In this document: piece by piece, positions 1 to 6,360 of the stretch | How the letters are laid out: each line of letters begins with the position of its first letter | Position numbering within the stretch: position 1 is the stretch's first letter | Assembly (NCBI GenBank): GCA_047611865.1 | Contig: JBLFWS010000046.1 | Span: 1-21,273, forward strand | Source: Chlamydiales bacterium | GTDB taxonomy: Bacteria; Chlamydiota; Chlamydiia; Chlamydiales; JBDQID01 | DNA length: 21,273 bases | Direction: 5' to 3' | Translations under genes and position numbers: made by a program | The notes under the pieces: generated by a model | Databases searched by the model: none | Told to the model about the DNA's origin: nothing | What the model saw: only the letters and a program-made list of their open reading frames with translations

Positions 1-597
1 GAGTCGGCATCAAACTGGGAAGAAATCCTCAGGAATTTAAAAAAGAGAGGTTTTGAATCTGTCGATTTTATAATTGCAGATGGTTTAACAGGTATTCAGG
101 GAGCCATTTTAAGGAGTTTTCCTAGAGCCAAGTATCAGTATTGTATATTACATGCAACCCGTACCTGCTTAAATAAAGTGCGCTCGCTAGATAAAAAAGC
201 TATTTCTGCGAATATGAAAAAGATTTATCAAGCTGAGAATGTAATGAAAGCAAAAGAGAGCTGGTTAGAATTCCAAATAAGGTGGCAGAAGATTTATCCA
301 AAAGTCATCAAATTTTGGAGAGACCATTTCAAACAGCTCATTCAGTTTATGGTCTTACCTCATGAACTGAGACAATATGTATATACAACAAATTGGGTTG
401 AAAGCAGTCATAAGGAGATTAAGCGCCGCTTGAAAGTAATGGAACAATTTCATAGTGAGCAATCTGCAGAGGGCATTTTGTATTTGCTATACAAAAGAAA
501 GAACGAAAATTATGTCGCCGGAATAAATCATTGGAAACGCTCATATGCGGAGTACAAAGTAGCCGAGGAAAACGGAGAGTTTCGGCAAGTAATGTAG
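1..597 (+). CDS. IS256-family (Mutator-like) DDE transposase, 5'-truncated by the window edge
   Basis: Frame 1 is open from base 1 (ESASNWEEILRNLKKRGF..FIIADGLTGIQGAI..FPRAKYQYCILHATR) through to TAG at 597. It shows the IS256 hallmarks: LKxRG, the second catalytic Asp in ADGLxG, the CxxH motif, and the catalytic Glu in YTTNWVES. Confidence 0.93.
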   Translation, partial: ESASNWEEILRNLKKRGFESVDFIIADGLTGIQGAILRSFPRAKYQYCILHATRTCLNKVRSLDKKAISANMKKIYQAENVMKAKESWLEFQIRWQKIYPKVIKFWRDHFKQLIQFMVLPHELRQYVYTTNWVESSHKEIKRRLKVMEQFHSEQSAEGILYLLYKRKNENYVAGINHWKRSYAEYKVAEENGEFRQVM

Positions 598-669
598 GAG
601 ATCACGGTAATATAGTTAGATTAATGTAATTGGAACCTGGAGGCTCCGGACACAATATTCTTGACACCC
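1..669 (+). mobile_element. Right part of an IS256-family insertion sequence; right terminal inverted repeat at about 648-669
   Basis: The transposase is followed by GGACACAATATTCTTGACACCC (648-669), which resembles the typical IS256-family end (ACACAAnnTTCTTGACACnC). The left end and target duplication lie outside the window. Confidence 0.8.
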
Positions 670-703
670 TGCGCAAGCTCGCTACGACCCGGTAAAATGG
701 TAA

Positions 704-739
704 GAAAAAAATGTGAGCACCAGCAGGTGCGGCACTCAC
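704..739 (-). terminator. Intrinsic terminator-like hairpin on the minus strand
   Basis: The minus strand reads GTGAGTGCC-GCACCTGCT-GGTGCTCAC-A-TTTTTTT. The 9-bp stem has two G-U pairs that form only in this orientation, and a U-tract follows. Confidence 0.6.
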
Positions 740-893
740 TCAGAATTTATAATGGCAGACAGCTATTCCAAGTTATACTATCGCTTAAAAGCTTTAGCTT
801 CTAAGAAATATCGAAAAACTCTTTTAAAATATTGTCTATAATGCGATTTCCCTGCGTATTCACCCTATTGGTATTCCCTGTTTTCTATCAAAT

Positions 894-931
894 ACAAACA
901 ACTTCAAGAATTGGTTTTTGAAGTTGTTTGT
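894..931. repeat. Perfect 14-bp inverted repeat upstream of the lipoprotein/ResB-like operon
   Basis: ACAAACAACTTCAA (894-907) and TTGAAGTTGTTTGT (918-931) flank a 10-nt spacer that can extend the stem by 3 more pairs on the + strand. Confidence 0.85.
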
Positions 932-978
932 GTATAAATACTGTGGCGGATACATTTATCTCTTTCATTTTTGTTTAG

Positions 979-1653
979 GTGGTGGTTTTGATCAGCTTGA
1001 CTTTGCTTACGGTTTTATTATCTATCTGCGGGTGTTCTTCAGGGGGAAACCCTGTTGAGAGGGGATTTGTCTGGCAGGAGCTTTCCGGCCGTGATGGAGG
1101 TGGTGCGGATTTTTCCAGAGATCTCATTTATCGAGCTAAGGTCCCAATAAAATGGCGAAGGCTAGATCCAAGCGTCGGGGAATCTATTTTCGATACCATG
1201 AAAGCTAACTGCGAGTTTACCATAGAAGACTCAAAAGGGGATGTTCGTGTCGTGGTCCACAATTTCCCCTCTGCCTTGAAGCATGAACGCATTCCCCCAA
1301 TGGCACAAGTTTCCAGATGGAAGCGGCAGTTCAGCATTCTTGAGGCAGTGTCTTTGCGAGAAGACCCTTATGCTCATGGGGGCTTTGCCGGTACCTTTTT
1401 CGAAGCTTCAGGATTGATAGAAGGAAAGAGGCAGGCTTTCATCGGTATTGCCATGCAACTTGACAGTGAACACTTCCAAGTACTCAGGCAGGATCAGGGA
1501 AGTGACTCTGAATTACGGCTTTCCTACCAAAAGTGTGCGGACTATACTATAAAAGCCAGTGGGTCTCCCGAGAGCATAGATAAACACAGAAGAGAGATAC
1601 AGGTATTTGCAAGAAGCTTTGAACTTATCGAGGAGATTCCAGAACGGCAATGA
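979..1653 (+). CDS. Putative lipoprotein, hypothetical; resembles proteins encoded next to ResB/CcsA genes in PVC bacteria
   Basis: The hydrophobic N-terminus ends in a lipobox-like ICG|C. The VPxxW and AQVSRWKRQF motifs recall the PxxW..NVNRWRGQ family (from memory). Its stop overlaps the next start (ATGA, 1650-1653). The start codon is uncertain. Confidence 0.65.
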   Translation: MVVLISLTLLTVLLSICGCSSGGNPVERGFVWQELSGRDGGGADFSRDLIYRAKVPIKWRRLDPSVGESIFDTMKANCEFTIEDSKGDVRVVVHNFPSALKHERIPPMAQVSRWKRQFSILEAVSLREDPYAHGGFAGTFFEASGLIEGKRQAFIGIAMQLDSEHFQVLRQDQGSDSELRLSYQKCADYTIKASGSPESIDKHRREIQVFARSFELIEEIPERQ

Positions 1654-4313
1654 AAATTATTCGACGTCTTTACCATTTTCTTGGCGGGGTAGTCTTCGCG
1701 GTAATATTAATCACCTTGGTAGCGAGTTTCGTTATTGCGGGAACATTTATCGAATCTTGGGCGGATTCCCACAGATATGCTGCTCTTTTTACCTATAAGC
1801 ACCCTGTTTTTATATCGATGCTATGGCTATTTTTTGTGAATATTTTAATAGCCGCATTGCGGCGCTGGCCATTTCGGAAGAGGCACTTTCCCTTTTTGAT
1901 AACGCATCTTGGATTATTGATGATTCTTGCAGGGGCCATTGTGAAGAGTTCTTATGGGACGCAAGGGAGCATGGGTATTCTAGAGGGAAGTGGAAAGGGG
2001 GAAATTTTTCTGGAGGATACTTATGTCGTTCATGTGGAAGACTATCAGAAAAGAAACTCTCAAAGTTTCCCAATAAAAAAGGATATATGGGGGCGCTTTA
2101 ATCCCAATTTAGGAGATTCTCTTTCCTCGTTTCCCAACTTAAATATTTTGTTGGCAGAATATTTGCCTAACGCGGTCGAAAAATTTGAGTATTGGATAAA
2201 AGACGACAGCTTATGTATTGATGGTTTACCTCCGTTTCAGGTTTTTGATGTCACGACTAAAATAGAGGGGAGAGCTTTCCCTGTGAGCTATCAAGGGAGC
2301 TTGCTGGGGCTGTCCGGCTCAGATTGGAACATAATGGCTCTCCGAGGGGGTGACGTAGAAACACTCTTAAAAGAAGCCTTCATACAAGATACGGAGCTTC
2401 GTATCTCCCGCAGTGATAATGAAGATTTACTCGTCAAAATTCCCTTGATGGATGCATTGCGTAGGCCAGTAGAATTTGGAGCAGGGGATTGCTCTTTCCA
2501 ACTGGAAATGTCCTATTCTCTTTTTAATGGATTGGAAGAGGCTAATTTGAAGGCGAGCATGTCTGGTGAAGACATTTTAATTGCCTTGAGTGAAGAGGGA
2601 AGCTTGATCAATAGATGGGTAAGCAGGCCGCATCTTGGAACGCCTCCCTTTGTCATGGATCTGGAGAGAAAACCTACACTTTTATTTATAGAAGATGAGC
2701 AAGGTGAAAACTACTTGTTTTCTTTTAGTCGGCACGGGGAAATTGAGGCGCAGGATTTTCGGGCAGACAGACCGAAAACGCTCATTGTCTACGATGGAGG
2801 ACATGGAGGTTATGGTTTTCAGACGGAGCTATCTATCTCTAATGGACCCGTAGGCAGGAGAGATAGACAGGCGGCAACCTTGTATACTTTTTCTCGACAA
2901 TTTCGTGAAGTCGCAGAGGCTTCGTCCACCTTGGCACAGCCACTGGAAGTTTTTCGACAGGCCTGTGAGAAAGAAGGTGAAGACTTTGTTGAAATGTTGA
3001 CGTCTCTTGTGCATGAGTGGGATAAACGGCGGAGTTGGCTGTACCCTAAAAGGGTAGGTCTTTCAAAAGACCTTAAAAGGGTGTTCGATTCATTTGATTG
3101 GAATAAGATGTCTAAAGAAGATATCCGCTCTTCCTACTGGATCAGCCGTCTTTTCGAAGAGATCTCTCCTGCTTTGGAGAAAAAAGAAGACTTAGCAGAA
3201 ATATTAAGAATACGGCAGTGGCCTTTATTGGAACATCTGCAAGAACAAAGAAAAAGAACTGGGCCGGTTTATCTTGAGGAGTACCCAGAGTTTCTCGTGC
3301 TTTTATCCCAGCAGATAGTTGATATGTCTCAATATCTTCCAGCACCAGAAGAACTTGTAGAGCTGAGCCCAGAAATGAAGGCTCGTTATTTTACGGCTTT
3401 TTTGCGCTCAATGGGTTTTCAGTTTATGGGAAATCAAAGTGAAATTCATAAGGATCTCAGAGAATATAATATAGCTAAACTTTTTAAGATGGGTGTCGAC
3501 CAAGCACTGGGGGCTAATTCCTCGTTAAGTAACAAAAGGCGGGCTGATACGATAGCTACTTTGGAAGAAGAATCATCTAGCTTTCAGAGTATCAAGAATG
3601 CGTATTCGACTATACTGCTTCTTAAAGGAGAAGAGGCCGAAGACCTTTCTCCAAATAAAATTGCTGTGGAGTATTTAAGGAAAGCACCAATTGAAGTTAT
3701 TTCACTGGGAAAGAAAGAGCAAAAGCTTTTGGAGGCTTCTTTCTTGCCCACTCCAAATACTTTGGAGTGTTCTATTACGAAACGGTATATTGAAATGCCC
3801 TTCAAAAATAAAATAGAAGATAACATCCCAAAGATCTCTCTACTGGTAAGTGAGGGAGCAAAAAAACAGCTGATCACGCTAGCATATGATCCATACGGCA
3901 ACGGATTGAAGTGGCCGACCCTTAATGGAGAATATCTCTTTCGCTTTCAGCCCCGTTTCCTTGAGATCCCTTATCACGTGCGTTTGCGAGATACCCGCCA
4001 ACTCAATTACGCAAGCTCAATGCAAGCTTTTAGCTATGAAAGTGATATCATTATCACGGATAAGCGTAATGGAGAGTCTGTTGAGGCTACATTAAGCATG
4101 AATAACGTGTACGAAACATGGGACGGATATCGCTTTTACATGGCAAATATTTCTCCACCAAACGAAGTCGCAGCTCAGCGAGCGCAGATTATCGTAAATC
4201 ATGACCCGGGGAAATATTGGCTCACCTATCCTGGAGGGTGTATCTTGACAGTCGGGATGGTACTACTATTCTGGCTACGGCCATACCGAAAGAAGAATTT
4301 TGTAGCTAAATAG
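1650..4313 (+). CDS. ResB/CcsB-like (cytochrome c biogenesis system II) membrane protein with a very large extracytoplasmic domain
   Basis: Three N-terminal TM segments include GTFIES and ITHLGLLMILAG (conserved His). The C-terminal ResB-type block IPYHVRL..SYESDI..LSMNNV..DGYRFY..VNHDPG..TYPG is followed by a final TM helix. Confidence 0.8.
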   Translation: MKIIRRLYHFLGGVVFAVILITLVASFVIAGTFIESWADSHRYAALFTYKHPVFISMLWLFFVNILIAALRRWPFRKRHFPFLITHLGLLMILAGAIVKSSYGTQGSMGILEGSGKGEIFLEDTYVVHVEDYQKRNSQSFPIKKDIWGRFNPNLGDSLSSFPNLNILLAEYLPNAVEKFEYWIKDDSLCIDGLPPFQVFDVTTKIEGRAFPVSYQGSLLGLSGSDWNIMALRGGDVETLLKEAFIQDTELRISRSDNEDLLVKIPLMDALRRPVEFGAGDCSFQLEMSYSLFNGLEEANLKASMSGEDILIALSEEGSLINRWVSRPHLGTPPFVMDLERKPTLLFIEDEQGENYLFSFSRHGEIEAQDFRADRPKTLIVYDGGHGGYGFQTELSISNGPVGRRDRQAATLYTFSRQFREVAEASSTLAQPLEVFRQACEKEGEDFVEMLTSLVHEWDKRRSWLYPKRVGLSKDLKRVFDSFDWNKMSKEDIRSSYWISRLFEEISPALEKKEDLAEILRIRQWPLLEHLQEQRKRTGPVYLEEYPEFLVLLSQQIVDMSQYLPAPEELVELSPEMKARYFTAFLRSMGFQFMGNQSEIHKDLREYNIAKLFKMGVDQALGANSSLSNKRRADTIATLEEESSSFQSIKNAYSTILLLKGEEAEDLSPNKIAVEYLRKAPIEVISLGKKEQKLLEASFLPTPNTLECSITKRYIEMPFKNKIEDNIPKISLLVSEGAKKQLITLAYDPYGNGLKWPTLNGEYLFRFQPRFLEIPYHVRLRDTRQLNYASSMQAFSYESDIIITDKRNGESVEATLSMNNVYETWDGYRFYMANISPPNEVAAQRAQIIVNHDPGKYWLTYPGGCILTVGMVLLFWLRPYRKKNFVAK

Positions 4314-4390
4314 TTTTGTTGGAATTTGCGCCTATTGCTTTTAAGTGGATTTTGAAATAGCTCCAAAAGCAGCGTTTCGTAATTTTAGTA

Positions 4391-4600
4391 GGCGTTGTTG
4401 CATAAAACATGCGTCTACAAGAGGCTTATGATTAGAAAATTACCACCGAGATCATAGAGGGTACAGAGAAAATAAAAAATCACAGATCAGTTGATAGTAT
4501 ATTCTGAGAGACTTTATGCATTTTTCTATTTCTCTGTGTTCTCGGTGCTCTCTGTGGTTAAATAAATGATTGTAAACGTATTAAATTATGCAACAACGCC
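4391..4600. mobile_element. MITE copy 1 (210 bp) with IS5-family IS903-group-like ends
   Basis: Perfect 15-bp TIRs GGCGTTGTTGCATAA...TTATGCAACAACGCC. Flanked by ATTTTAGTA (4382-4390) and ATTTTAATA (4601-4609), an 8/9 target duplication. No ORF. Highly similar to 5884-6084. Confidence 0.9.
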
Positions 4601-4636
4601 ATTTTAATACACGACCTAGGATTACAAAAAGAGAAT

Positions 4637-5836
4637 CTAGAATTTCGATAGGAAAGAATTGGACTTGATTTCACTTTTCAGTGAGAAGTTTGTGGTGGCA
4701 GAGCTCTCGATTGAGAGAGTGACCTTTTGACTTTCGGCTCCAAGGAAATCAGGTGTTGATTCTTCCGTCTGATTGGTATGCGTAATTGAGCTGTTAGTTC
4801 TTGCGTAGCTATCAATTGATGGATTGCTTTGATCTGAAACGGGAAGAGACTTAATTTTTTTGTGCGATTGATCAAGCTCTCTAGTGGCAATATTGTTAGA
4901 TGACTTTTTAGATATATCCTTCAGTTCGTCTTGAATAACTGTCAAGGAACCAGCTTCTGTAACAGATGTCGTGAAAAAGTCTTTGTCGAGAGCCCTATTG
5001 CTTTGGTCTATGTAATACGCACTCGTATTAAAAGCTGCCAAGTCATTACCACTGAGGTAGCTTTTAGTGTCATTGAGCGCTTGCTTAAGATCACCTTTCT
5101 GTAGACCGCTGACAGTATCTTTTACAAAATCAACAGTAGCTTTGGCTTTTTTATCGCTGAAAATCTCTTCGAATTCCTGTAAGGACTTCTCCGTTTGATT
5201 GCTTTTAAAATTGTTAAGAGATGCGCTTAGGTCTTTCAGGTACTTTATGCTTTTGCGGAATTTGCTTTGATCAACTTTGTCGATAGTATCGATGACTTCT
5301 TGACTTGCATTCTCTTTGCCTTTGTATCCACTATTGACCTGCTCGGCAAGTTTTTTTAATCGACTTAAGCTATCCAGGAACTTTTTTGCATCCAGAGAAC
5401 CAAATGTAGACTTTCCCTTTTCTAAATTTAAGCCTAGTTTTTTGAGGTATTTGATACTGTCGGTGGTGCTGTATGCATTTACTACTGTTGGTGTTGAAGC
5501 TCTGTTTTCAGAATTCTGGATTTCATCTACTTCTTGGGTAAGTTTAGTGACTTCCTCTTCAAAGGCCTGGTACATTTTGTTGTCTTTACTCTGATTGTCT
5601 AGTTGCAGAAGTTTTAGGGTGGTGTAGGAAGCTTGTAACTCACCTTTTGCTGCACTATCAGCTGTAGCTTTGTTAAGCAAGGTGACGATCATATCTCTGG
5701 GCATGTATTTAGAAATAGTTGGATTAGAGTCACCTAACGAAGAAGTAGACTGGGTCTTATTTTGACCACTTTGTCCAAGAAAGAATTTGTTCGACAGAAT
5801 GGAAACCGATGTAACTGCTGTGTTACCAACGATCAT
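4637..5836 (-). CDS. Hypothetical protein with Ser/Thr-rich termini and a helical Lys-rich core; possibly secreted
   Basis: 399-aa ORF with an AGGT RBS-like motif shortly upstream of the ATG. No recognisable domain. Confidence 0.75.
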   Translation of the reverse strand: MIVGNTAVTSVSILSNKFFLGQSGQNKTQSTSSLGDSNPTISKYMPRDMIVTLLNKATADSAAKGELQASYTTLKLLQLDNQSKDNKMYQAFEEEVTKLTQEVDEIQNSENRASTPTVVNAYSTTDSIKYLKKLGLNLEKGKSTFGSLDAKKFLDSLSRLKKLAEQVNSGYKGKENASQEVIDTIDKVDQSKFRKSIKYLKDLSASLNNFKSNQTEKSLQEFEEIFSDKKAKATVDFVKDTVSGLQKGDLKQALNDTKSYLSGNDLAAFNTSAYYIDQSNRALDKDFFTTSVTEAGSLTVIQDELKDISKKSSNNIATRELDQSHKKIKSLPVSDQSNPSIDSYARTNSSITHTNQTEESTPDFLGAESQKVTLSIESSATTNFSLKSEIKSNSFLSKF

Positions 5837-5883
5837 TGTAATTTACCTGCGATTTGAAAGTGACTGTTTCATTTGTTTCGAGG

Positions 5884-6084
5884 GGCGTTGTTGCATAAAA
5901 CATGCGTCTACAAGAGGCTTATAATTAAAATTTTACCACCGATATCATAGAGAAAATAAAAAATCACAGATCAGTTGATAGCATATTCTGAGAGACTTTA
6001 TGCATTTTTTTTATCTCTCGTGTTCTCGTTGCTCTCTGTGGTTAAATAAATGATTGTAAACGTATTAAGTTATGCAACAACGCC
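5884..6084. mobile_element. MITE copy 2 (201 bp), same orientation as copy 1
   Basis: Same 15-bp TIRs. Perfect 9-bp target duplication GTTTCGAGG (5875-5883 and 6085-6093). Lacks one internal 9-nt unit (GGTACAGAG) relative to copy 1. Confidence 0.93.
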
Positions 6085-6360
6085 GTTTCGAGGCAATAAT
6101 TTATATTAATATAATTAAAATTAATCGATAGCGGAAAGATTGTTCTCTTATTTATACTAAAAAGATACTTAGTTTTATAAAGCCTCCATGATTATTTTCG
6201 AGGATAGTTATTTATTTGTCAAGTTAGTTTTAAGGGGTGCTTTTGCTAGGAAAAGTGCACTCAAATTTAGTGAAAAAAAATGGACGCTGTAGTAGTAATG
6301 TTAGGGAGGTGAACTAGAATACTCTACATATCTACATGAAGCATTTTCGAAGGCCTTTGC

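Noticed and set aside
178..597. ORF-track start at 178 for the transposase
   Set aside because: The frame is open and transposase-like from base 1; the true start is outside the window.
674..691. Minus-strand CGGGTCGTAGCGAGCTTG resembles the 5' end of a tRNA-Pro cut by the IS256
   Set aside because: The D-stem is one base short, the conserved GG of the D-loop is absent, and no other tRNA arm is visible.
704..739. GCACC..GGTGC plus U-tract recalls a tracrRNA 3' end
   Set aside because: There is no cas gene, CRISPR array or anti-repeat; a generic terminator explains it.
752..841. 29-aa ORF MADSYSKLYYRLKALASKKYRKTLLKYCL as a type I toxin opposite the candidate sRNA
   Set aside because: It has no RBS and is not hydrophobic like typical type I toxins, so it is not supportable as a CDS.
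4391..6084. Single composite-transposon insertion that delivered the 399-aa gene
   Set aside because: Each MITE has its own 9-bp duplication and the outermost flanks do not match.
6128..6154. Minus-strand TAAA-N15-TCCGCTAT as a sigma28 promoter for the 399-aa gene
   Set aside because: Only 5/8 match to GCCGATAA in AT-rich DNA, and it is unknown whether this genome encodes sigma28.
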